A stretch of DNA of 46,596 nucleotides, filler included, from Streblomastix strix (Eukaryota): NCBI GenBank assembly GCA_008636045.1. It is 2 parts of 2 records of this genome, joined end to end, with 100 filler letters (N's around TTAATTAATTAA, not from the genome) between each part and the next. Parts side by side here need not be neighbours in the genome. Positions count along the whole stretch, not along the records: positions 1 to 23,249 come from SNRW01000293.1; positions 23,350 to 46,596 come from SNRW01000294.1. One strand, given 5' to 3'. Under the pieces are notes generated by a model. The model worked only from the letters and a program-made list of their open reading frames with translations. It searched no databases and was not told where the DNA came from. Position numbers and translations under genes: made by a program. Below, piece by piece: positions 15,801 through 31,718 of this stretch (positions within the stretch are counted from its first letter, which is position 1; each line of letters begins with the position of its first letter).

Positions 15801-16018
15801 AATTTTTACTCCTTTCTATACCACCAACATTTAACAATAATGTAAAAACTCTTTCTTTTACAATTGTAGAATTGATCTCCGTGCTACACAAGTTGATCAA
15901 AATAAAATCAGAGCTGGAAATCAAATAACAACAGAAAATTATTCCAGATAGTTTGAATCAGTTGATTGAAATCCAAGGTCTACTGATGTAGCTGGCTAGC
16001 AATATTTTAACTTCTTGA
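3819..16018 (+). CDS. Giant (~3,900 aa) divergent DOCK (dedicator of cytokinesis)-family Rho/Rac GEF with DHR-1 and DHR-2 domains and 5 in-frame TGA
   Basis: One frame runs from 3816 to the gap at 11118 and continues in register after it. DHR-1-like: SVNIPENILQDSTLHLLFCFH..AFAHSF..GEYELRIY (~4965-5240). DHR-2-like: YLYVLSQLHLQL..ILQW (~12850-12935), DLFHETYQWER, DEYIYVALPYESIFDFKRKIENRY, RHVLLKTEVLLPGP, INLIMLLQVTIEDVLFGEL. Introns at ~13732-13829, ~14588-14646 and ~15689-15747. Ends NILTS-TGA (16016-18). An alternative start exists at 3656. Confidence 0.75.
8160..8285 (+). repeat. (TAAGAA)n coding microsatellite encoding (Gln-Glu)n within the DOCK gene
   Basis: Visible hexamer array. The same hexamer at ~7869-7901 is read in another phase as (Lys-Asn)n. 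Confidence 0.85.
11119..11218. other. 100-N scaffold gap flanked by a 127-bp overlap (10992-11118 = 11219-11345); probably a false gap
   Basis: The sequence ctgccataatatt...taataaagaaa occurs on both sides. Merging the overlap keeps the DOCK frame. Confidence 0.9.
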
Positions 16019-16130
16019 TTTATTGTGATTTTATGTAATAATACAATTTTTATTTTAAAAAAAAATTATACGAAACGAAGTGTAGGTTGTCTTATTTGGA
16101 AAAAAGGGCGTTAGGTCATTTAACTCAGAA

Positions 16131-20102
<3,972 letters not shown>

Positions 20103-20682
20103 GTAAATGCAGCACACAAAATAAAAATAAACAAAATTCTATACAAATAAAAATAATTTTAACGTCCAATCTTCAAAATTCATAAAACTAATTTTATTTT
20201 GTTGTCCTGCGCCAGCCTCAAATTTATGTTTGCTTTATAATTTCCGAGACAGATTATCATATATAAATATCAACAATTTCATATTAATTAACAGTCTTAC
20301 TAAAACCACTGAATATTAATATAATTTTTTAATGTTTTTATTCAAAATTTGTATTTTTCATCCGAAACGACATATTTGGAGTTGCAAATTGAATTTAATT
20401 GATATTAATAATATTATAATCAATCTTATCCTGAAGCCAATCAAATTTATATAGTATATAAAATCAAAGTTCTGATTTTAAAATTTATATAAACAATTCA
20501 TCATTAATTCTATCAAAATTAGGATTCTCCTATAAAAACAAAAATTTTCTAAATAAATACTTAAAATACTATTAATTACAATACTGTCATTATAAGCTTG
20601 GTTATTTTATAGTTGAGCATTAGCTATTGTTTTTCAATTGCATTAACTTATCCTATCTTATATTATTTAACAAGCAAAAGAA

Positions 20683-23249
20683 ATGCAATCAAGTCTAAAC
20701 ACTGAGTTGCCAACTACTCCAGTTTCAAGATTAAGGGATTATATATTTTTTGGATCTGTTGAAGCAGCATTATCTGAGGAGGTTAATATATTTTGACGTT
20801 AACACTTTATATCCTTTTATTATTTCTGAAGTTTATATATGCCAATAAGATAACGCGAGTAATAAATTGTGCTGGAGGACATATTGTTAACAAATTTTCT
20901 ACTTTGGGGATTAAATACCTAACTTTCTTTTTATTAGATGAAGACAACAGTTAATTCATTGATTTTGCTGGTTTTTTTAATTGTTAAAAAATATTTTTTA
21001 TTGAATCAATAAAACGAAGATTATCATTTTAATAGTTATTTCAATATATATTAATTATATTAACTTATAATATATTATCAGGAACGAATCCGCGAAGTGT
21101 CCAAACATTTATAGATGCAGCACGTGATGACTGTGAGAATGTGTTGATAGTGAGTGTGAAAGGAAGATCGAGATGTCTTCTGGTTGGAGCTGCATTTCTA
21201 ATGACAAAATTCAATTATTCATCTGAAGACGCGATCGAATTTGTCTCATAAGTGAGAAAGATTTGAATGCGCCCTGCTTTTGAGGAATAATTATGATAAT
21301 ATGAAAAAACATGCTAACATGTTTCTTGGACACCAGAATTATTCTAAGAAGAATTTATGCTTAGAAATACACATTATAACAGGACAATAAAAGTTGAAAT
21401 AACTCCACCTGAAAAACCAACAAAGACAAAAGTTACATTTCCAAACAATCCAGTTAGTTTTTTAATATCAAAAACAACCAAAACAAATAAGGAATTAAGT
21501 TAAGGAAATTAGACTTCATAAAATCCATCTTAGTTGAAAAGCATATTAATAAGCAGTCGTAACACTAAAAAATTACCTAAAATATTGGAAACTCCAGAAG
21601 AATTGAAATAATAAATTTAATAATTGTGTGAACTATTATCATAATAGTCTTAAATTTCTCTCATATCTCCTTCAATTGCAAATTCTGCTGCTAATGCATT
21701 CTTACAACCAAATTAACAGAATGGATCATAAACAGCAAATTATGCAAATTAATTCTACTCTGCGTTATAAATGACTTCATTTGGCTAATCTACATCAGCT
21801 TCAATGTATCTTAATAGTTTGATTATTACAGTTCGTGGGCTGAGTAATACTTTTCTGACAAACATGCAATTATCTAAAAATGTACCTCTTATAAATGTAT
21901 AAAGAATATTGGATGAGAATATCCTTCATTAATGTTTATTATATGAAGATGTTGAATGGTTAATGTTGATGAGAAGTGTTGCAATACGAACTGCAGAGAG
22001 ACTTAGAAATTTAACTGAAGAAGGAGATGAATCTTCAATTCAAACTTTATTGGATGATGATAATAAAAATAAAGAAGAGATTGAAAAATAAAAGAAAAAA
22101 GAAAGAAAATTAAAAAATAATAAAAAATATAACTCTAAATTAATAAACAAGAATCAAGCAGTACTTTAACCGTTACTTGCATGGTCCCTTGACAGAGAAG
22201 AAATTAGGATGATGTATTAAAATGTGAGAGATTAATCACATATAATTTATAATAAAATAATGGGCAATGTGGATTTGTAATTATCAGACTTAGAAGGAGA
22301 TTAAGATAAATAATTATAAGACATTGAAAATGAAGAATAAAATATTACTGAAATAAAGGAAACAAATTCTAACATTAATAATCAACCAAATAAATAAATA
22401 GAGAATAAAAATGGAAAAATGAAGAACTTAAAATAAGGAAAATTTTTAACTAATCAATCATCTTCATCCGCTTCTACTGCTTAAAAGAAAACAATTCAAT
22501 CAAATATTAATTCATAATCAAATTCTGGGCTTATTAATAATAGAGATAAAATAAGATATTAAGATCCATCTTAATCATCATAATCTATTTCTAAGTAAAC
22601 TCTATTACAAAATAACGATCTTTCATTTATTCCGTAATAATGGGAAGAATTAGATGGTCAATAAGTTTAAGATCCATAATCTCCAAATTCCTCACCAATA
22701 AGAACTAAGAAGAAGAAAAAAAAGAAGAAAGTGATGTTCAACTTATCATTTTCTTCATCTACACATAGTCATATCACAAATAATACTATATCAAATAATC
22801 TTTCAAAATCAAATATTTAATCTATTTCTCCTCATAATAATTAATTATAATAAAGACCTTCTCCAATATAAACTCAGTTTTCAAACCATAATTTGGTTTT
22901 ATAATCGCCAAAACCACAAAAAAGAATAAATTTTAATAACTTCATATAAACATAATCATAATTTTCTCCTTCTTCTCAACAATCATCATAATTTTCTCCT
23001 TCTTCTCAACAATCATCATAATTTAGTTCGCCTTTATAACATAGCTCTAAACAAAATGATATTTCAACATCTACGCTTAATTAATAAGAAGATTATGAAT
23101 CATTAGATAGTTATGAAGAAGTAGATGTTATAAAAGATCCATATTTTGAAATTAAACCAATTGAAACAGTATCGTCTTAAATATCACTACCTCAGTCTAC
23201 TGCTCAATTATTGAAACAAAATGAAATAATAGAATATAATGAAATTTAA
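20683..23249 (+). CDS. Dual-specificity phosphatase-fold protein, predicted catalytically dead (C->S), with 2 in-frame TGA and a long low-complexity tail; 3' truncated at contig end
   Basis: RLRDYIFFGSVEAA, NKITRVINCA, GIKYLTF, FIDAARDDCENVLIVSVKGRSRCLLVGAAFLM, EDAIEFVSQVRKI*MRPAFEEQL*QYE. Two GT-AG introns (~20781-20831, ~20970-21080). Confidence 0.88.
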
Positions 23250-23349
23250 NNNNNNNNNNNNNNNNNNNNNNNNNNNNNNNNNNNNNNNNNNNNTTAATTA
23301 ATTAANNNNNNNNNNNNNNNNNNNNNNNNNNNNNNNNNNNNNNNNNNNN
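23250..23349. other. Artificial contig-joining linker: 44 N + TTAATTAATTAA + 44 N
   Basis: A 12-mer with TAA in all six frames, centred in a 100-nt spacer. Flanking pieces are 23,249 and 23,247 bp. Confidence 0.92.
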
Positions 23350-24072
23350 CTTATACAACGTCTGTATTTCTATTAGCAGAAGCTTTATTCTATTTTACTC
23401 CTCTTCCCAAACCACGAAATCCAACCCATCCTTATTTCTCTTCTTTTTGTGCAGTTGCTGTTCTTTCAAATTCATCAAGTGCGAGATCATTCAGACGTTG
23501 TATAAGAAATATGAACATCTTCATTGCATTCCTCAATCTAACTGGAACTGTTGCTAATTCCTGTCCACTCATCTCATTGAAGTTGACTGATGCTGCAACT
23601 GTTGATCCTTGAGTCTTCTTCTTCCTCAGAGTGCCTTCACCCATTCCTATTCCATCTTCTAATGGTTATCCAATTATATTCCTTCTGAACATTATGTATG
23701 AATCAATAAGTGGGATCAATGCATTCAATCCTTCATATAAACTACCAGCAAGATCATTCTTTGTACTAACTTCCAGAAGATCGTACTAAGCTTGTTATAG
23801 AAGTCCAAATAGAGTATCAAATACTCGGTGACTGGGGATCTTATTTGGTACAAAATTAATAATATCATCTTGGCATTATATGAAAAAAATTAATATTATC
23901 ATAAAAGAAAAAAAGAAGGCAAACTCTGAATGTTGTTTAGTGCTTATGCTGCATCAGCAGGGTCTTCATATAAAGATGCACTCTCAACCATGAACGTGTG
24001 GATATCATCAGGCTGTTTTAACAAATCTTCGTATAGCTGTGGGATGATGAATTCCTCATTTACACTGTCCAT
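23350..24072 (-). CDS. NCAPD2: Condensin I HEAT subunit CAP-D2/Cnd1/Ycs4, N-terminal part (truncated at contig end)
   Basis: MDSVNEEFIIPQLYEDLLK..HTFMVES, HRVFDTLFGLL, RLRNAMKMFIFLIQRL, GLGRGVKQNK resemble the CAP-D2 N-terminus as I recall it (EFHLPLSPEELLK, HFDTIYSIL, HLNALKMNCYALIRL). One short intron. Confidence 0.72.
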
Positions 24073-24980
24073 CGGAAGAAGAGTGCAGATATCTAAAAAT
24101 AGTATCAAATATATAATTAAATATAATTTAAAAATCCAATTAAATATATACTAAAATAAAAATATCGGTCAGTAAGGTAAGTATTCTAACTTTTTTCAGA
24201 AAATTTTGTTAGGACAATATTTACTTCTAAAAATTTTATTTATTGTTATCTTGCGAACAATTGTTGATAATAATATGTATTATTATATTTAAAAGCATAA
24301 GAGTTATACTTAGAATGAAGCACGAGCAGATATCATGTGTTTATTTAAAAATCCAAATAAATGATTGGCTTGTTTGAAAAGAGTGATTTTAATATTAATA
24401 AATGAATAAATAAAATTTATAAATGTACATGACTTGCAAAATTTAAAGTAAAGAGAAGTGAATATGAATAAAAAGTAAATTCCTTCTAACTTCTTTTCCG
24501 GTTGTTTATTATTACTCATATACGTTCAAAAAAATTATTTAACCAATTATATATTAAATTTTACTTAGAATATACATATTACCTTTAATTCATCCAATAA
24601 TTGTTATATTTTTATATTTTTCAGTTTTTTTATCTCTATAAGTTTACATAGATTTATTTTATTAATTAAAATCAATCTCATTTTATTTAATAACAATTTT
24701 AATTATAAATCATCATTTGTTTTTCTATTAAATCTAACAAAATCAAATGGAAAGAAAAAATATTGAAAATTTAGCACAACGTAAATAAAAGAATGTTATT
24801 CTTCATTTGCTATCATCATTTTGATTAATTATATATATTAATCATCCTAAAATATATTACTAAATATATTTGATAGCCATGTGAAGATGAAAATCCAAAA
24901 AAAATCAATCTTAAAATTTTCTCTCAAACATGATTAGTTTCAATTTTTTTTAATCTATTTCCTTTGTAGAATATATTGCG

Positions 24981-25686
24981 ATGTCTAACCAGAATTAGAA
25001 GTAGTTACGATTAAACAACAATAAGAGGATGAAACAAATCATCCTTGCTGTTGCAATAATCAATGTAAGCTTTACTCCTTTATTTATTGTTATTTAATAT
25101 TTTTTGCAATTCATTTTTCATGCAGGGCATTGCAGTTATTTTTAGGATAATATTGATGCTTCTGCTTCATAGAAAGTTTAAGTTCTGGTCTGATTGGCTT
25201 TGGGTAATTATTACAGGAGCTGCAACTGGTTATATTGCGAAGATGTTTGCTGGTATGAAGGCTCGCGATGATGATATCACTTCAATGGGAGGAATTTCAG
25301 GGTATAATTAACAAATTGTTGCAATTTTTTTTCATTTCTCTTCATATTTTGATATGTATTTGAAGATATATCTACGATTTTTTCTTCATAGCTTTGTTTT
25401 CTTAAGCTACTGCATGGATTACTCCATATTTCTGGCTAACGTACATGGTGATTCCAGGATATGGACTATTCTTACTTGCGAAGAAGCTTTTACAATAATC
25501 AAATGAGTAAGAAAGAGAATTGGTTTAAAATTGATTTATTATTCTATTCTTTTATTCTATTCTATTCTTAATTTTCAGACCGATGATGAATAAAGAATAT
25601 AAAGTGATTTAAAGCGTAAAGAAGATCGAAGATAGCAGCGTAGGGAGAAGCGATAAAATAAAGGAATTAAGATAAGGTAAAAATGA
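24981..25686 (+). CDS. TMEM208: TMEM208/SND2 (DUF788) SRP-independent ER targeting protein
   Basis: MSNQNQKQLRLNN.., transmembrane segments, DDITSMGGISGYIYDFFFIALFSQ..YFWLTYMVIPGYGLF, basic C-terminal tail KRKEDRRQQRREKR. Three introns. Ends IRQK-TGA. Confidence 0.85.
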
Positions 25687-26101
25687 GTTTTGCTCCAAAT
25701 TAATTTTTAACTTTTGAAATTTCAATACATAAAACTTAAATTCTTATATTGATATATAGATACAATTTTTATTTACTCAATTTGTTTTTACTTTTGATAT
25801 TGACATGAAAATTTAATGCATAATCAAAAATTGATTTCGAGTTATTTGTTGTATAAGTGAATTGTTTCAATATTTATTGTAAAAACAAATATTTACCATT
25901 TTTAATTTATTTAATTTAATATTTTACAAAAATTTAATCTGCACTTGGTGGAATTACAAAAACTTTATTTTCTTGTCAATCTCTAATTTAATAATATTTA
26001 TATCTTGTTAATACTTGTAATACTACATAAAATATTTAATTAATTGCAAAAAATTCAAAATTATGTTATAATCCAAGAGTTATTTATTTATTTTTTTAGT
26101 G

Positions 26102-29100
26102 ATGAATTTTGCATCTCCTGTATCTATTGCATCGCATTTCGGCATGTCCAGCGGGGTTTTTACTGGCGATAACATTTCTCTCGGCGAATTTGAGGGAACA
26201 GGATTTAGTGATGCGTTCTCTAAGTTCCTTGCTTCAGCTTCATCGATTCCTGGTCAATAATCAACCCTTTAATAGTCATATTAATCGTAATCTGCACGTT
26301 TACCTTAAGAATCATCTTAATAATAATAATTATTGTAACTATTCAGACCCAATTTTTTGCAAGCTGAAGTCACATTACCGCCAGGATCGGACATTGCAAA
26401 ATAGAGCCTATCCCCTTAAGATACACCCGAACCATCAATTGTAAAAACACCTACTTAGAAAACGTCGAGCTATATATCACAATCAATAATAGAGAATATA
26501 AAAAATCAGATTGATTCTGAGGGAAATGAGAAAAAATCAGAAATATTTCAAGATTTTACTCCATCATAAACAAACATTGAATCATTTAAGAATAACTTAG
26601 AACAATCTCCATGTTACTAAAAAACAGATCGAAGTTCATCAAATTCATAAATGGATGAATAAATCAGTATAGATAATATGTATGATAAAGCATCACTAAC
26701 AAATATCACTGATAATGAATATAGTGAAACGAATGATATTTATTCAAAAAGAAATGATTAGTAATATAACATAACTCAGAAATCAATTAAAATAAACAGA
26801 AATGAAACAGATTTAGAGAAATATAGAGATAAAATTAAAGTAACAAATAATTTTAGTATCAGAATAGAAGAAAAAGATAAAGATAATAATTATAGGAATA
26901 GAAATAGTAATAATAATAGAATAAAAATAAAAAATAAAGATATAGACAAAGACTATCAAAATACAAAAGAAATAGAAATTAATGATGAGATAGAAAGTGA
27001 TAGAATATAATAAATTGAATAACAAAAAGAAATGGAAAGTAAATCCCATAATTAAAGTTAAATAGTGTGAATAAGAGATATAGAAATATAAAGTAATAAA
27101 TTTAGTTAATTAAATGAAGAAAACAGTAAAGAGATTTAAATCAACAGTTAAAGATAATTATCAATATAATAATCCCAGAAGAAAGAAGAAGAAAAGGAGG
27201 AAATTAATGTTGATAATAAAGTTGAATAATCTAATATTGCTGATGATAAAGAAGAAAGTGATATACTTGGTGATCTAATTCGAAAATTAGGTTAGAAAAC
27301 AATAGAAAATAAAAGATTAAGGGATGAATTATCTAAATATAAAGATAACAATGATGGAATAATGATTAAACTATAAGAATTATCAAAAGAGAATGATAAA
27401 GTATAAAATGAACTAAGAGATATAACAAATAGTAGTCAGAAGATGATTAATGAAATTGAAAGATTGCATTTAGAGAAAGATTAGATTGGATCATAATATA
27501 AAGAAACAAAAGAATAATTTAGGAAGAGTTTAGAGTAGAGCGAAAAGGATAAACAAGAAGAAGTGAATAGACTATTGACTAAATTAGAGAAATATTAATA
27601 GAGAAATAAGTAATTAATTTAATTGGCTATTGAGAAAGAGGAGAAAAGATAATTGAAATATCTTGAAGAATCAGAGAATATAGAAATATAATAATAATAA
27701 TTACCTGATAATAATACTTGTGATTTGAAAAATAATGAAAAATCAAAGATAATTGATCAAAATCAACAATTTGAGGTGAATCGTAGTCTTATCTTATAAT
27801 CGGATAAATCAAAAGATGAAATAATTTCAGTCAAAGACAGAAACCAGCCAAAAAGTATAATGAGAAGATAGAGTAAGGAAACAGAAGTAAATCAGCCTGA
27901 AAATGTAATAATGATCGAAAAATCAAAAGAAAAAGAAAGAACAAAGGAGTTAGTGAAGAAAGTAGATTTATATAATGAAGATCTATTAAATAGTACGAAT
28001 TTCTCAAACTTAACAGCTGCAGTTACTCCTCATATCGCAAATGATACAAGTGCAACTATTAATTAAATAAAAGGATAAAATATAAGTAAAGAAATTAATA
28101 TTAATTAAAATAATTTAACATAAGGCAAAAGAATTGATTTTATAAATTCTTCAAATAAAGAATTATAACAATCAATTCACACTTCATTTCAATAAAATGA
28201 ACATTAGCCAATAATAATACAAACGTATTCACCTCCAAGAGTTGGAGTATAATCAATATCATCATCATTTAGTTCATTTCCTTCAATATTTATTCCTCCG
28301 TCTCATAGTTCAATCTCTGAATAATCTAGGTTATAAATTAATGCTCCTTGTAGAGTTTCATTCTCTAAAGTATGATAAATAATAAATAAATAAAATTATA
28401 TTATTGATATTAATATATGCATTTATCGTATTCATTATTGATATCATTTCTATTTTCTCTTCTTTTTCAAATTATTTATTTTATTAGGATGAACCATAGA
28501 TACATTAAGTATATAATCCTACATAAGCCACATAAACATAGGTTGTATATATAAAGAAAATGAAATAAGGCAAATAAAATTAATAGAAAATCTATGAGGA
28601 TGATTAAAATAATAAGAAAAAGAAAGAAATTGAAGAAGATGATATTATATAAGAAGAAGAGTTATTAGAAGATGAAAGAAAAGAAAAAGATAATAAAAAA
28701 TAGATTAAAAATAAAGAAAGGAAGAATGAAGGGAAGAAATTGAATGAAAAAACTAAAGATAAAAGTTAAATTCAATAAAAAGTGAAAGATAAAGTTATTA
28801 AGCAAAATAAAATGCATGAAACCGAAAATGAAAATTATAATTAGAAATATAATAATAGTAATGATAAAAAAAATAATTCAGGAAGAACTAGTAGAAAACA
28901 AGATTAAGAAAGTACAATTCATACTCAATAAATGGAGTAATCTTCTAATATAATAGAATAATCAACAGAATTTAACATAATTGAACCTTCATAAATATCC
29001 ACTTCATCTTCACCTTTAACTTCCTCTTTAAACTCATAACGATCCTCATAATTACCTAATTAGTCTTCATCTACTCATAAGCATGTACAAAAATGTTCTA

Positions 29101-31564
29101 TTTCAGCTCGTTAACATCCAAAACCTGTACAATAATCTTCGATCCTTTAATAGTCATATTAATCATAATCTGCACGTTTACCTTAAGAATCATCTTAATA
29201 ATAATAATAATCACCTAATTAGCAAAATAACATCTCAAATTCTTTTACTGTTTCTCACTTATAAATTAATAAAGCATAATCATCTTAATCTCAAAACCCA
29301 TCAGTATATTCACCACCATAACAATCATGTGAATCTTTATCTTCATCCAAATAATTTTCACCCTCTTCACCAAATTCCCAAGTAAATAATCATACAAATA
29401 ATCATAATCATACTCATACACACATTCATAAAAATTCACAATCACGTCCTCATTCAAATACTCATTCAAATACTCATTCTAATACTCATTCTCATCATGA
29501 CCATGATCAATCTATTCGATCTCATTCTTAGATACATAATTAATATTCATCATAATCTTCTCTTGAATCAAAATAATCATAATAAACTAAACTTTCTTAA
29601 AAGTCTTAATAATCATAAAAATCCCAAAAATCTTTATAATCAGTTTCATCTCAACTATTTTCTTAGATATCATCTTCAAATGAATCTAAAACATCTTTTC
29701 CAATTTAATAATAAATAACTAATTAAGATAACATTAATAATTTAGAAACAATAATTCCATTATTGGGCAAATTGGCTATAACATCAGTATGAGATTAAAA
29801 TATATAAATTTATTTCACTTATATTTATATCCAATTTCTATTTCTACTTATCATATTATTTCATTTCACTATTTTAGGAAGGAATATCCATGTCGCATCT
29901 AAGCCAAGTCTTAAATAGTATATCTTCTAATATTTCATTCATCAAACATACACAAATATCGACATAGCATACATTTCTCTAGTTATTACTTGCTCTTCTT
30001 TCTGCTGAACATTGTTCTGCTGAAGACCCTGATACAGTGGTATGAAATAAGATATGGAGTAATTAAAAATAAATAAGAAAACTACTTTATTATTATTAAT
30101 TGTTTCCACTTATCATTAAATTAAATTATAGTATTGTCCACACAGTTCATTTCAGAATGAGATAATGGTAGTAGAAATGGTGTAGACATTGAAAGTATTA
30201 ATTTATTATTATTATTATTGAAATTAAAAATATCTTCATTTGATTTTTTATTATTATTTTATTAAACAATATAAATATTATTTATGCCATTTAAAATTCA
30301 GGAAATATCTTCAACCAACAAACCTGATAAAGAAGTGGGGAAAAAAGGAGTAGATTTGAATAGAAAATCATCTTATTAATCTCAATTAAGTTCATAAAAT
30401 AATAAATCAATTGATTAATAAACACTAAACACATAAAGAAGTGATGTAATAGAAGAATAATGGACATTGACTCTTCTCTCTTCTTTAGCTTTGCTTCGAC
30501 TCATTCCAATACAAAGTCATCTAATAATGATTTCACAAGCATCTGATCGTCTTTCATCATCTCATTCATAAAAATAATCTTAAATATAGCATTCTTAATC
30601 ATCTTAAATGTTAGATTCGAATTCGCTTCAAGTTGAGATATTAAATGTTTATGACAATATTGCTGCATGTTTCAAATTTGCTCAACTTAATATATCATCT
30701 GAATTCTTCTCTAATAATGGAGTCATCTTTGTTGCTCCTCACTTACTTTCATAACATCCAGCTATAGTTAGTAAGACAGTTTAACTATTTCTTGCTCTAT
30801 CAAGACAATAACCCATTAATTATACTTCTATGACAGAATTAAATTCAATCATATAACCAAATTCTGAAATACTAAAACTAAGCATTTCACCTTCATCTGC
30901 ATTCTTATATTCTTAGTCTCCATCACCAACTCATTTCAAATATCCATATTCTTCTTATAGAGATAAAGATAATAAATAAGGAAATATATAAAGATCTTAA
31001 TCATATGATAATTATTCATAGGTTCATGACTCATAAAAAAGAAGCTCATCCATTTCATCAGAACTTTCTTTTAAAGGAAAGAACTTAAAAAAGATAATAT
31101 AAATTTAATCCACTTCAAGAGACTTCATTTAAGGATCAATGTAAATTGAAGCCAAAGAAGGTACTGTGTTCGAACGAGAATGTGGCAATTCGTGGATCTA
31201 GCTTCTTCTTTTCAGAGCACTCCGTCGTTGTTTCAGATTTCAAGCTATTCAATCCATGCAGGAAGATACCGATATTGAACAAATTGAGGATGAAATAGAC
31301 ATTACTAAGAAAGTTGAGGAAATAGAATCATCCATTGTCATTTTGTTGGAGCGAACAACCAAGAACTCGGCAATAGCAACTTAAATAGATGGAAAGGAGA
31401 AATTGGCAGAGCTCATTCGTGAGAAGATAAGATTGATGAACAAATAAAAAGAGAAAGAGAAAGATGATCAGCTAAATTCAACAAGAATCTCTAGCAATGC
31501 GAGGAAACAATTACTGATTTCAAATCTAAAAGCAATCCTTCGCAATATTAGTTTATTGCAGTGA
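26102..31564 (+). CDS. Large hypothetical protein: low-complexity N-terminus, coiled coil (~27270-27670), S/Q-rich middle, helical (ARM/HEAT-like?) C-terminus; 1 in-frame TGA
   Basis: Open frame with TAR=Gln from MNFASPVSIASHFG; four GT-AG introns; ends ISLLQ-TGA. No recognised family. Confidence 0.75.
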
Positions 31565-31718
31565 AAAATATATTGCGTTAAAATCATTTTTTTTAAAGAA
31601 AATAAAGATTATAAAACTAAGGAATACACAAATAAATCAAAAATATAGATGATGAAACAATGATAGTGAATTTTTGAAAAATAAAGACTGAAAATTCCCC
31701 TCATTCGAAATAAGATTC

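Noticed and set aside
24310..24519. Small ORF MSNNKQPEKKLEG... between the divergent CAP-D2 and TMEM208 genes
   Set aside because: Only the first ~13 codons look coding, there is no clear splice path and no recognisable homology. It could be an upstream exon, but that is unsupported.
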